The position numbers and the translations under genes are program-made. Of a stretch of 64,000 bases of DNA, positions 9,098-18,233 are shown piece after piece. Source of the stretch: an uncultured Clostridia bacterium (lineage in GTDB: Bacteria > Acidobacteriota > Aminicenantia > UBA2199). The stretch is taken from assembly GCA_964457225.1 (NCBI GenBank), contig CAYWEM010000012.1, positions 15,434 through 79,433 on the forward strand, written 5' to 3'. Within the stretch, counting starts at the first letter, position 1, and the number at the start of each line of letters is the position of its first letter. Under the pieces are notes generated by a model. That model had not been told where the DNA came from. It ran no database searches and saw only the letters and a list, made by a program, of their open reading frames with translations.

Positions 9098-9931
9098 TCA
9101 AAGAATATCCAATAAATTAAGCAGCAAAGAACTGGAAATCAGCAAAACGATCAGGGCATTGAGCCACAATCCCTGTTTTCCGCTTGGCAACAGCAGACCG
9201 GTGCCCCCTTGATAGGCCCTGTATTCCGGAAAATGCCCCCAGCGGGACTCAGCAGCCTTTTCCAGTATCGGCACCCCGCTGCCGAAACGCAGCAGCAGCA
9301 GGATGGCCACGGGACTGATCAGTCCCAGGCCGGCCCCCAAAGCATCAAGAGCCGGCAATACAAAAAGATAAACTCCGGTCCAGACCAGGATTTCTCCCAG
9401 GTAATTGGGATGACGGCTCAGCCGCCAGAGTCCCGAATCGATCCAGCGGTCGCGGTTGGCCGGGTGCGAACGGAAACGAGATTTTTGCTGGTCGGCTGTC
9501 GCTTCCAGCAGCAGGCCGGTCAGCCATAATAACAGTCCGGGCCAGACAGCCGGACTCATTCGCGAAATCGGTTTGACAAAAAACAAAAAAACCGGCAGTA
9601 ACAGGAGCCAGGCCGTAAAACCCTGGGCCAACCAGAAAAAGGCAAAACGCCTGAAGTCAGTTCTGATTTCGTTGAAACGCCGGTCGACTTTGCCGGCCCT
9701 GATGCGCAGGTAAAGAAACCCCCCCAGGCGCAGGGCCCAGGCCAGGATCATGAACAACAACACCAGGCCGTAAGTGCCGGCCCGGCTCAGGCTGAAAGCC
9801 GTCAGGACCAGCAGGGCAAAGGTGAGAGCGTAGGAAAGATCCGTTAACTTGTCGGTCCGGTGGAGATAGGCCGGGATGAACATCAATGAATTCAAACCCA
9901 GGGCCAGCAGTAGATAAAGCAGTAATTGCAT
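9098..9931 (-). CDS. DUF1295 / ICMT / steroid 5-alpha-reductase-like family polytopic membrane protein
   Basis: RHPNYLGE motif and multiple TM helices. Start trimmed to MQLLLYLLLALGL because the ORF-track N-terminus (9932-10000) overlaps tRNA-Ser. Confidence 0.6.
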   Translation of the reverse strand: MQLLLYLLLALGLNSLMFIPAYLHRTDKLTDLSYALTFALLVLTAFSLSRAGTYGLVLLFMILAWALRLGGFLYLRIRAGKVDRRFNEIRTDFRRFAFFWLAQGFTAWLLLLPVFLFFVKPISRMSPAVWPGLLLWLTGLLLEATADQQKSRFRSHPANRDRWIDSGLWRLSRHPNYLGEILVWTGVYLFVLPALDALGAGLGLISPVAILLLLRFGSGVPILEKAAESRWGHFPEYRAYQGGTGLLLPSGKQGLWLNALIVLLISSSLLLNLLDIL

Positions 9932-9942
9932 TTTACTGTTAA

Positions 9943-10032
<90 letters not shown>

Positions 10033-10134
10033 GGCGGAAAAGCCATTTTAGCTTTTTTTGCCTTTCTTTGCAAGTGCGGTTATCAGGCGCTTTTCACGAG
10101 TTAATTGTCCTGGCCGTTTTTTCTCCTCATTTTA

Positions 10135-10163
10135 TTGACATGAAAGTTCTTATTAAATATAAT
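10135..10163 (+). promoter_or_regulatory. Consensus sigma70 promoter TTGACA-17-TATAAT
   Basis: tttaTTGACAtgaaagttcttattaaaTATAATgaa lies about 35 nt upstream of the GGAGGA RBS of the 10199 gene. Confidence 0.6.
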
Positions 10164-10198
10164 GAATTTTAATCCCCGTTTTGGAGGAAACTACAAAA

Positions 10199-11296
10199 AT
10201 GAAACGTCTGTTCATCCTTTCAATCGTTTTCCTGATAAGCTTTTCATTTCTTTGCGGTCAAAAGAAAAAGAGGGACGAGCTTTTCATGGAGGCCATCCAG
10301 GAACGCAACCCCCAGCAAAAAATGGTCAAGCTCCAGGAATACCTGGAACTCCAGGGGAGAAGAGAAGACAACCTGACCAGGATTCTGTACTTTCACCTGG
10401 CCACCACCGCCCACCAGGTCAAGGAATACGAGAAAACCATTGAATACGGCGAACGCGCGCTTTCCTACAAGGACCAGGATGAAGCCAACAAGCTGAGTCT
10501 CTACCTCTACATGGCCGATGCTCATTTCATCCTCAAGGATCCCGACAAGGCCTACGATTACGCCCAAATGACCATCGAGCTGGGCAATAACCTTAATGCA
10601 TCCCGCAATGACAACCAGATAAAAAACAACTTCATAGCTCCGGCCATGGAACTTCAGGTCAGAATCATTGAAAGCCGTTCCAACGGTGATGAAAACCAGA
10701 TCAAGGTTTTCGACAAATTGATCGACATCTACCAGGTCAACCCGTCTCCCCGCTACCTGCAGATGATCATGGCCTATGCCAACCAGCTTCTGCAGAAGAA
10801 CAACATCGACAAGGTCATCGAAAACCTGGAAAAAGCCTTCAACATCAACCGGGGGCTTGAGATCGCCAGAGCACTGGGACAGCTTTACAATCAGAAAGGC
10901 GACCGTGAACGCACCCTGGAATACTTTAAAATCACCTATGAAATGCAGAAAAATGCCGTAACCGCCTACAACATCGGCGTACTTCTGCTCCCCAGAGAAG
11001 AAATCGAATCCCTGCAGGCTGTTCTCGAACAGGGTGAGAACGTCGATTTTGCCAACATCGCATTCAGGGATCACCTTGAGGAATCGATGCGCTACCTGGC
11101 TGAAGCTTCCCTCCTCAAGGATGAAAAATTCTCGCCTCAGGCCGAAACACTGCTGCATTCACTCTTCTTCAAGATAAAAGTGTTCATCGACCAGACTCCA
11201 GTCGATGAGCAGGAAACACTTTACCATGAACTGCTGGCCGCAGCCCGGGCCCGCCTGGGAATAGAACAGGAAGAAACAGCCGAAAACCAGGGCTGA
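10199..11296 (+). CDS. Secreted/lipoprotein-like TPR-repeat protein, function unknown
   Basis: Start at MKRLFILSIVFLISFSFLCGQ (signal peptide, possible lipobox) with GGAGGA RBS. Helical repeat composition. The upstream TTG extension falls inside the RBS and is rejected. Confidence 0.6.
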   Translation: MKRLFILSIVFLISFSFLCGQKKKRDELFMEAIQERNPQQKMVKLQEYLELQGRREDNLTRILYFHLATTAHQVKEYEKTIEYGERALSYKDQDEANKLSLYLYMADAHFILKDPDKAYDYAQMTIELGNNLNASRNDNQIKNNFIAPAMELQVRIIESRSNGDENQIKVFDKLIDIYQVNPSPRYLQMIMAYANQLLQKNNIDKVIENLEKAFNINRGLEIARALGQLYNQKGDRERTLEYFKITYEMQKNAVTAYNIGVLLLPREEIESLQAVLEQGENVDFANIAFRDHLEESMRYLAEASLLKDEKFSPQAETLLHSLFFKIKVFIDQTPVDEQETLYHELLAAARARLGIEQEETAENQG

Positions 11297-11370
11297 AAAT
11301 ACGGATTTCGCCCCCTCCCCGGCGAAAAAGCGGGACGGGAAATTAATTCGGCTTATGTTATAATTCCGGC

Positions 11371-12228
11371 ATGAAAATTCGCGCACTGCAGTTCTGTCCG
11401 GTTCTGGGTTCCATCAGGGGCAATCTCGATTTTCACCTGTCCGCCCTGCAGAAAGCGGCATCTGCCGGTATTGACCTGGTTGTGTTCCCGGAACTAAGTC
11501 TCAGCGGTTACCAGCTCAAGGACCTGATCAGAGAATGTGCGCTCAGGCCTGACAGTCCTGAAATCAAAGAACTGTCAGACATGAGCCGGACTGTCAGCTT
11601 CATCCTAGGCGCGCCTTACGAAGATCCTCCGGGCATTTTTTACAATTGCGCCCTGTTTTTTTCCGGCGGCCGGCTGAGACACCTGCATCGCAAAGTGCAA
11701 CTGCCGAATTTCGGCATTTTCGAGGAAAAAATGATCTTTCGGGCCGGAAGTACTTTTCTGCCTTTCAAGGCGGGCGAACTGCAGGCCGGAATCCTCATAT
11801 GCCGTGAAATCCTGTTCCCGACTTACGCCTACCTCTATTTTCTTCAGGGCGTTGAACTGCTGATAGGCATTTCCAACAGTCCCCAGCGTGGTATCGGCGG
11901 GCAAAGCGGTTTCAGTTCCTTTGCTCTCTGGGAAACCATGGGCGAGCTTTTCAGCCGCTTTTTCCATTTCAACTATCTCTTCGTCAATCGCACCGGCTTT
12001 GAAGAAGGCATCGGCTTTGGGGGGGGCTCGTTTTTCGCCGCCCCGGGTTCCGGCATAACCAGTCGGGCTGCCTATGTCGAAGACTCGGTGCTGGATATCA
12101 GCTTGGATCCCCTGGCCGTCAGGCGGGCCAGGATAGCCGGCAATTACCTCCGCGATGAGGATCCGGGAATTGTACTGCGGGAATTGCAGAGAATTACAGG
12201 AGACAAGAATGGACTGCCGGCTGGTTGA
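11371..12228 (+). CDS. Carbon-nitrogen hydrolase (nitrilase-superfamily) protein, the glutaminase-domain equivalent of glutamine-dependent NAD+ synthetase
   Basis: 285 aa. CN-hydrolase catalytic signature (VVFPELSLSGY glutamate region, catalytic Cys in ILICREILFP). Overlaps the downstream nadE ORF by 20 nt in another frame. Confidence 0.7.
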   Translation: MKIRALQFCPVLGSIRGNLDFHLSALQKAASAGIDLVVFPELSLSGYQLKDLIRECALRPDSPEIKELSDMSRTVSFILGAPYEDPPGIFYNCALFFSGGRLRHLHRKVQLPNFGIFEEKMIFRAGSTFLPFKAGELQAGILICREILFPTYAYLYFLQGVELLIGISNSPQRGIGGQSGFSSFALWETMGELFSRFFHFNYLFVNRTGFEEGIGFGGGSFFAAPGSGITSRAAYVEDSVLDISLDPLAVRRARIAGNYLRDEDPGIVLRELQRITGDKNGLPAG

Positions 12229-13015
12229 AAAGACCCTGTTGCGCTTTATTTCTGATTCCTGCGCCAAGCACGGCTTCAACCGCGGCCTGGTTGGAGTATC
12301 TGGGGGGCTTGATTCGGCTGTTGTCCTGGCCCTGGTCTGCCGCGCCCTGGGTCCGCAGAACACTTTCGCATTGTTTATGCCATACCGTCTCTCCGCTCCG
12401 GAATCAAGCATCCATGCCCGGCTTATATCCGGAAAACTTGGAGTGAACCAGACCGATATAGACATCAGCCCGGCCATAGACTCCTATTTTTCACGTTTCC
12501 CATCCGAGAACGACCTGCAGCTGGGCAACAAGTGCGCCCGCGAGAGAATGTCCGTACTTTACGATTTTTCCCAGCGACTAAAGGCCCTGGTCATCGGCAC
12601 CTCGAACAAAAGTGAATTCCTGGTCGGCTACTCAACTCAATTCGGAGATTCAGCGGCTGCCTTTTTCCCCATCGGCGATCTTTACAAAACCCAGGTGCGC
12701 GAACTGGCGCATTACCTGGAAATTCCGGCCGAAATCCTGGCCAAGAGTCCCAGCGCCGACCTCTGGCCCGGGCAGACCGATGAAGCGGAAATAGGTTTGA
12801 CTTACGATGAACTGGACGCCATTCTGAGCCGACTGGTCGACCGGGGTTTTACTGCCGGGGAAATCAGCGCGGCCGGGTTCGCGGCTGAAAAAGTAGACCG
12901 GGTTCGCGAATTGGTACGCAACAGCCAGTTCAAGCGAACCATGCCGCCGATTGCCAAGCTCCAGGAAAGAACCATAGGCCTTGACTTCAGATACCTGCGC
13001 GACTGGGGACGATGA
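12209..13015 (+). CDS. nadE: NH3-dependent NAD+ synthetase domain protein
   Basis: About 268 aa. PP-loop ATP pyrophosphatase motif GVSGGLDSAVV, NadE family. Start MDCRLVEK chosen; an upstream ATG at 12155 is also possible. Confidence 0.8.
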   Translation: MDCRLVEKTLLRFISDSCAKHGFNRGLVGVSGGLDSAVVLALVCRALGPQNTFALFMPYRLSAPESSIHARLISGKLGVNQTDIDISPAIDSYFSRFPSENDLQLGNKCARERMSVLYDFSQRLKALVIGTSNKSEFLVGYSTQFGDSAAAFFPIGDLYKTQVRELAHYLEIPAEILAKSPSADLWPGQTDEAEIGLTYDELDAILSRLVDRGFTAGEISAAGFAAEKVDRVRELVRNSQFKRTMPPIAKLQERTIGLDFRYLRDWGR

Positions 13016-13018
13016 GCC

Positions 13019-13825
13019 ATGGCTCTGTTTCTGGTCCCCACCCCGCTGGGCAACCTGGGTGACCTTTCGGCCAGGGTGATTGAAACCCTGCGCCGGGTTG
13101 ATTTCGTCATCGCCGAAGACTCCAGGCCCTGCCTGCACCTGCTGAACCACCTCGGGATCCGCAAGCGTATTTACACTCTTTACCGGCCCAGGGAGGAAAA
13201 ACAGACTTCGATCATACTGCCTCTGCTGAAAAACCGCGACGCCGCCCTGGTATCCGACGCAGGCACTCCGACCATATCAGATCCCGGTTTCTTGCTGATC
13301 AGCCGGGCTATTGCCGAGGACATCACCGTGATCCCCCTGCCCGGACCAGCCGCCTTTGTTCCGGCCCTGGTAGCTTCGGGAATTGACCCGGCTCGTTTTC
13401 TTTTTCTCGGTTTCCCGCCGCGCAAATCTTCAGATCGCCTGTCCTTCCTGCTTGAACTGGCGGATTTGCCCTATACCCTGGTATTCTACGAATCACCGCG
13501 CCGGGTGACCGGGCTGCTGGCCGCCTGTCATGAAGCCTTCGGTGACCGGGCCTTTGCCCTGGCCAAGGAAATCAGTAAAAAGAACGAAAAAATCATCCGC
13601 GGCCGGCTGTCCGCCTGGGCGGAAACCCTGGCCGGAGAAACAATACTGGGGGAAATGACCCTGGTAATCGCCGGGGGCTCCAGGCCTGTCCGCCAAGCCC
13701 CTTCGATAGAATCCAGGGAAGATCTTTACCGTTATTTCAAGACCTGGCACGGTATTCCCAAGAACAGGCTGAAAGCGGTGATCCAGGGAACGGGCAAAGA
13801 AGGGAAACCCGGAAAAGGACTGTAA
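13019..13825 (+). CDS. rsmI: 16S rRNA (cytidine1402-2'-O)-methyltransferase
   Basis: 268 aa. N-terminus MALFLVPTPLGNLGDLSARVIETL and the tetrapyrrole-methylase-like fold are typical of RsmI. ATG 4 nt after the nadE stop. Confidence 0.85.
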   Translation: MALFLVPTPLGNLGDLSARVIETLRRVDFVIAEDSRPCLHLLNHLGIRKRIYTLYRPREEKQTSIILPLLKNRDAALVSDAGTPTISDPGFLLISRAIAEDITVIPLPGPAAFVPALVASGIDPARFLFLGFPPRKSSDRLSFLLELADLPYTLVFYESPRRVTGLLAACHEAFGDRAFALAKEISKKNEKIIRGRLSAWAETLAGETILGEMTLVIAGGSRPVRQAPSIESREDLYRYFKTWHGIPKNRLKAVIQGTGKEGKPGKGL

Positions 13826-14175
13826 GCCGGGTTCTGTCTGGAAGAACCATTTGTCTTGACCGTTCATCTCTGAGCGGTTCCAGCGGCTAACCCGAGGACT
13901 TCGGCCGGGCCGGCCTCAGACGTCCTTCTTTTTAGCCTTGCTCCGGATGGGGTTTGTCTCAGTCCGTGTCGTCGCCGCAACGGACGGTGAGCTCTTACCT
14001 CACCTTTTCACCCTTACCCTCGAAAGGGCGGTCTGTTCTCTGTGACACTTTCCTGTTCCGCTCGCCTGGAGCGGAAAGTTCCCGTTAGGAACCATCCTGC
14101 CCTGCGGAGCCCGGACTTTCCTCCCCCTTCATCAAGAAGAGGGCGATTCTTCATCCTCTTCCGAGTTTCCGGGAG
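13806..14175 (-). ncRNA. rnpB: RNase P RNA, bacterial type A
   Basis: Minus strand contains GGGGGAGGAAAGUCCGGGCUCCGCAGGGCAGG (P4 5' half), AAGGGUGAAAAGGUGAGGUAAGAGCUCACC, AUCCGGAGCAAGGCUAAA and ACAGAACCCGGCUUACA (P4 3' half). It is collinear with E. coli M1 RNA. P1 is formed by CCCGGAAA / UUUCCGGG. Upstream -10 TATAAT at 14178-14183. Confidence 0.9.
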
Positions 14176-15523
14176 TAATTATATCATATGCGGCCATTTT
14201 CTTGTAGAGATTGCTGCGCGGCAGTTCGATTTCCCTGGCGGTACGGGCGATGTTGAAGGAAAATTCCTTCAGTTTTTCGTTCAGGAAACACTTTTCAGAA
14301 TTCTCCTTGAATTCCCGCCAGGTTCGGCTTGAAGGAATTTCGCCGGCCGCCGGGGGCTCGGAAACAAAACCCGACGGCAGGTCCGCAAGGGTGATGGTTT
14401 CACCCGGAGACATGATCAGCAGGCGCTCGACTATGTTTCGCAGTTCACGTACGTTGCCCGGCCATGAATATCCCTGGAAAGAAGCCAGGACTTCAGCCGA
14501 GAATTTTTTCCGACGGCGGTTGTTTTCCTCGGAAAAATAGGCCAGGAAATGTTCCACCAGGAGCGGAACGTCATCCCGGCGCTCGCGCAAGGAAGGAGAA
14601 TTGATGGGAATAACGTTCAGCCTGAAATAGAGATCTTCCCGAAAATTGCCTTCCCTGATTTCCCGGGCCAGGTCCTTGTTGGTGGCGGCGATGATGCGCA
14701 CGTCCACTTTTTTCACCTCGCTGGAACCAACGGGTTGCACTTCGCCTTCCTCCAGAACACGCAGCACCTTGGCCTGGGCCTTCAGGCTCAGGTCACCGAT
14801 TTCATCGAGAAAGATGGTGCCGCGGTGCGCGGTGTCAAACTTGCCGCTCTTTTTTTCATGGGCCCCGGTGAAAGAACCCTTTTCATGACCAAAAAGCTCG
14901 CTTTCAATGAGTTCATCCGGAATGGCCGCGCAATTGACCTGAACGAATTTCTGCCCCTTGCGCCGGGACAGGCGGTGAATCTCCCTGGCGATCAATTCCT
15001 TTCCGGTACCGCTTTCACCGTTTATCAACACCGTGGAATCAGTGCCGGCGACTCTTTCAATCAAATCCCGGAGTTGCATCATGACCCGGGATTGGCCGAC
15101 CAGCGAGTACTTCTTTTCCCCCTGCTTGCGCAGCAGGAAGTTTTCCCGGCGCAAAGCCACCTTATCGGCAGCATTGCGCACGGCCAACAGGAGACGTTCC
15201 CGGGAAATGGGCTTTTCCAGGAAATCCAGGGCGCCCAGGCGGGCCGCCTGCAGCGCTTCATCTATGCCGGAGTGACCTGATATCATGATAACTTCGGCCA
15301 GGGGATGTTCCGCGCGTATGGTTTTAAGGGCGGTCAGGCCGTCAATGCCGGGCATTTTCACATCGAGCAGGATTATATCCGGTTGCCCGGTGCCGACCAT
15401 GGCGATGCCTTCCATGGCGTCGCGGGCCGTGTCAACCAGGTAATTCTCGTAACTCAGCACCATGCGTATTGATTCCAGAATGTTTTTCTCATCGTCTATG
15501 ACCAGCACTTTGAATTGTTCCAT
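14132..15523 (-). CDS. Sigma-54-dependent Fis-family response regulator (NtrC-like: receiver + AAA+ + HTH)
   Basis: 464 aa from MEQFKVLVIDDE. Receiver Asp in ILLDVKMPG. AAA+ Walker A GESGTGKE. GAFTGA motif GSFTGA, ESELFGHEKG. C-terminal Fis-type HTH. The ORF-track N-terminal extension is rejected. Confidence 0.88.
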   Translation of the reverse strand: MEQFKVLVIDDEKNILESIRMVLSYENYLVDTARDAMEGIAMVGTGQPDIILLDVKMPGIDGLTALKTIRAEHPLAEVIMISGHSGIDEALQAARLGALDFLEKPISRERLLLAVRNAADKVALRRENFLLRKQGEKKYSLVGQSRVMMQLRDLIERVAGTDSTVLINGESGTGKELIAREIHRLSRRKGQKFVQVNCAAIPDELIESELFGHEKGSFTGAHEKKSGKFDTAHRGTIFLDEIGDLSLKAQAKVLRVLEEGEVQPVGSSEVKKVDVRIIAATNKDLAREIREGNFREDLYFRLNVIPINSPSLRERRDDVPLLVEHFLAYFSEENNRRRKKFSAEVLASFQGYSWPGNVRELRNIVERLLIMSPGETITLADLPSGFVSEPPAAGEIPSSRTWREFKENSEKCFLNEKLKEFSFNIARTAREIELPRSNLYKKMAAYDIITPGNSEEDEESPSS

Positions 15524-15569
15524 ACTGCTGTTTATACCAGAATCAAACCCGCAGGTACAGTAGAAAGCC

Positions 15570-16865
15570 TTATAAAACGAACATACCGTCACGGCGGCGC
15601 CTGGCTGAACAAAGAAGATAGGGTGCACCGACCACGAAATTGCTCTTGAAAAATTTGATTTCCTTGGAAACCATCTGCACGCTGTTTAAAAAGGAAGCCG
15701 GGCTGGCCTGCAGTTGAAAATGTACCGCCTCGGAAAAATCACCGCCCTGGAAGAGATAGCCGTAGAGCGAATAAACATCTCCGGTCCCGAAGCCACTATC
15801 GGTCCTGCGGCCCGCCCTGGTGACCAGGATGCCGCGGCCGGATTCGGAAATCAGCCTGTCCAGCGGATAAGCCGAGGGTTTTACCACCAGGTTTGAAAAA
15901 AGAGTCCTGGGCACCAGCGTGCGCGGATCCCGGAAACCGTTTCCCCCGCCCTGTTTACCGCCGGCAAAAGCACTCTCCAGGTCGGAAATCGTAGCCGAAA
16001 AAACCCCCTTGTTCAGCAAAACCTTTTCCCGGGCTGTAACACCCTCATCATCAAAGGGTACTGAACCCGGCCGTGCTTCCAGCCGGGGATGATCAGCCAA
16101 GGTCAGGACCGGAGCCGCTGCCCCCGGTTTTTTCCCGGCTGTTTCAGTCAGGCTGAAAAGATCGGCGCAATCGGCGACCAGCACCGCCGCTGCTTCCGGG
16201 GCCAGGATCAGGTTGCCGCCGCTGTTATTCGGCGGGGCTTGATCAGTTATTGAATTCAGCAGGTTCTGAGCCCGGGCTACCAGGTTGAACGGGTTTATCT
16301 GGTTGAAGAAAACCGTGTCTTCAGCAATCTCAATGACCCGGTCCCGGCTGGAGAAAAACAGGCGCAGAGAAAAAAGCGATTTCTTGTATTTTCCGGAAAA
16401 GCCCCGGGAGTTCAGCAGGTGGATTTTCCTGAGTTGCCGGTGAAAACTGAGGTTGAGCATTTTCAAACCGGGAAAGGAAACCAGGGCTTCGGAAACTGCT
16501 TCACGAACGGCACTCAACTGGTCACGCTCATCCGCATTCACGGCTCCGTCAAACACGCGCAAGGGTTCGGCGACGAGGCGATCCGGCAACAGGGAACCGT
16601 AGTTACGGCCCCGCCTGGGCATCACCGCGGAACGTATGCGGTTAAATGCGTTGGCCGCGCTTTTCCAGTCAGGTTTTCCCAGGGCGAAGTGAACCGGGTC
16701 TCCCTGCTCCCAGAAACAGCGAACCGCGATCCGGTCAAACTGGGAACCGTGTTTCTGGATGCCGGCCGACCCTTCCTGCCAGGAAAGACGTTCTCCGCTT
16801 TCACGGAACACTTCCACCACGCTGAATCCGGCATTCAATCCCATTTCCAGCAGGCGTTCCATCAT
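15570..16865 (-). CDS. pmbA: TldE/PmbA-family metalloprotease partner (no HExxxH motif)
   Basis: 431 aa. PmbA_TldD family architecture immediately downstream of the HExxxH-containing paralogue. Confidence 0.7.
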   Translation of the reverse strand: MMERLLEMGLNAGFSVVEVFRESGERLSWQEGSAGIQKHGSQFDRIAVRCFWEQGDPVHFALGKPDWKSAANAFNRIRSAVMPRRGRNYGSLLPDRLVAEPLRVFDGAVNADERDQLSAVREAVSEALVSFPGLKMLNLSFHRQLRKIHLLNSRGFSGKYKKSLFSLRLFFSSRDRVIEIAEDTVFFNQINPFNLVARAQNLLNSITDQAPPNNSGGNLILAPEAAAVLVADCADLFSLTETAGKKPGAAAPVLTLADHPRLEARPGSVPFDDEGVTAREKVLLNKGVFSATISDLESAFAGGKQGGGNGFRDPRTLVPRTLFSNLVVKPSAYPLDRLISESGRGILVTRAGRRTDSGFGTGDVYSLYGYLFQGGDFSEAVHFQLQASPASFLNSVQMVSKEIKFFKSNFVVGAPYLLCSARRRRDGMFVL

Positions 16866-18109
16866 CCACCCGCCGGAATCACGGTCATGGAGGCGATTTT
16901 AACCGTGGGCTGGCCCACCCGAACCGAGACGGTATCACCGTTTTTATGACAATAGCTCATGCCCCGGTCGTAACGAAAATCATCACCGATCGCCTGTATC
17001 CCGTTCAAAACATCCCTGATATTCCCGGCTATCAGCAGGGGGCCAAGCGATCCGGTCAGGCGCCCGTTCTCAATGGCAAAAGCTTCACCGACTCTGAAGT
17101 AAAACCGGCCGCCCCGCAAAGCCACCCGCCCGCTGGAGAATTCCAGCGCCAGAATGCCCCGCCCGGTACCGCCTACTATATCGTCACTCCTGGTCTTCCC
17201 ATTCTGAACCAGCAATCCGAACATGCGCGGCTGAGGAAGCTTTTGGAAGTCTTCAAGGCGGGCATGGCCGGCCTGTTCCAGGCCAAGCAGATAGGCATGG
17301 CGCCTGTCGCTGATAAAAGAGCGCAACACTCCCTTTTCAATCAGGATCTGCTCTCTTCTCGGACTGCCTTCATCGTCATGACTGATACCGCTGAAAAAAG
17401 TATCCTGGACGTCTCCGCTGCAAACCGTCAATTCGCTGGACATTATCTGCCGGCCAAGATCGTCTGAACTGAAAGGTGAAAGCCCCTGCAGCACGTAATC
17501 GGCCTCCAGGCTGTGGCCCAGTATTTCATGAAAAAGCATGGCGCCCTCACCGGAACTCAGAACCACAGGCATTACTTCCCCGGAATCTGGCAACCAGTTG
17601 TGCACCTGGGGCAATCGCTCCAGCAACCGGTTGAAAATCCCGCTCAGGTTGAAATCCGGACCGTCATGACGTCCCTCTCCGGCGGCCAGCCAGTGGCGGC
17701 CCTTTTTCACCCGGACCAGCAGGCTGAAATGACAGAACAGATTGAGCGCTGGTTTAGCTGAGCCGCAAGTCACCAGGCGCCGGTTATGACGGGCCCGGTA
17801 GAGTACCTGCCAGTCATCCCATTTTTCCACTTGCAGCCAGCGGAGAAGAGAGGAGTTGTCTTCCAGTATCCGCCCGGGTTCCAGTACCGGATGATCTTCA
17901 TCGGGTACGTTCAGAAATGCGCGCGGCAGGACTTTGGCCGCGGCGGAAGGGGAGGCCAGAGGAAGAGAATAGCTTTCTCCAGGTTTTTCCCTGACCAGCA
18001 GGCCTGCTTTTTCACGGAGACGAAATTCCCGGCGGTCACGGTTCTTGTGCAGGCTGTAATGAACAGCCTGCTCTTTTTCCAGCAGGTAGATCGGCCAGGA
18101 ATCAGACAT
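16862..18109 (-). CDS. tldD: TldD-family zinc metalloprotease
   Basis: 415 aa. HEILGHSLEAD (HExxxH) motif characteristic of TldD. 4-nt overlap with the downstream TldE gene. Confidence 0.75.
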   Translation of the reverse strand: MSDSWPIYLLEKEQAVHYSLHKNRDRREFRLREKAGLLVREKPGESYSLPLASPSAAAKVLPRAFLNVPDEDHPVLEPGRILEDNSSLLRWLQVEKWDDWQVLYRARHNRRLVTCGSAKPALNLFCHFSLLVRVKKGRHWLAAGEGRHDGPDFNLSGIFNRLLERLPQVHNWLPDSGEVMPVVLSSGEGAMLFHEILGHSLEADYVLQGLSPFSSDDLGRQIMSSELTVCSGDVQDTFFSGISHDDEGSPRREQILIEKGVLRSFISDRRHAYLLGLEQAGHARLEDFQKLPQPRMFGLLVQNGKTRSDDIVGGTGRGILALEFSSGRVALRGGRFYFRVGEAFAIENGRLTGSLGPLLIAGNIRDVLNGIQAIGDDFRYDRGMSYCHKNGDTVSVRVGQPTVKIASMTVIPAGG

Positions 18110-18233
18110 GGATCAATTTTACTCCAAGCCGGACGGAAATGAAACGACCTTACCCGCCGGATTCTCCATTTTGTGTATCGAGGGATAAGCAGCCTGTTTT
18201 TTTATGCTATAATTGAACATGCAAGATAACAGA

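Noticed and set aside
10244-11158. 304-aa minus-strand ORF antisense to the TPR lipoprotein gene
   Set aside because: It has no start signals. The plus-strand gene has a consensus promoter, strong RBS and signal peptide. It is a typical long antisense ORF.
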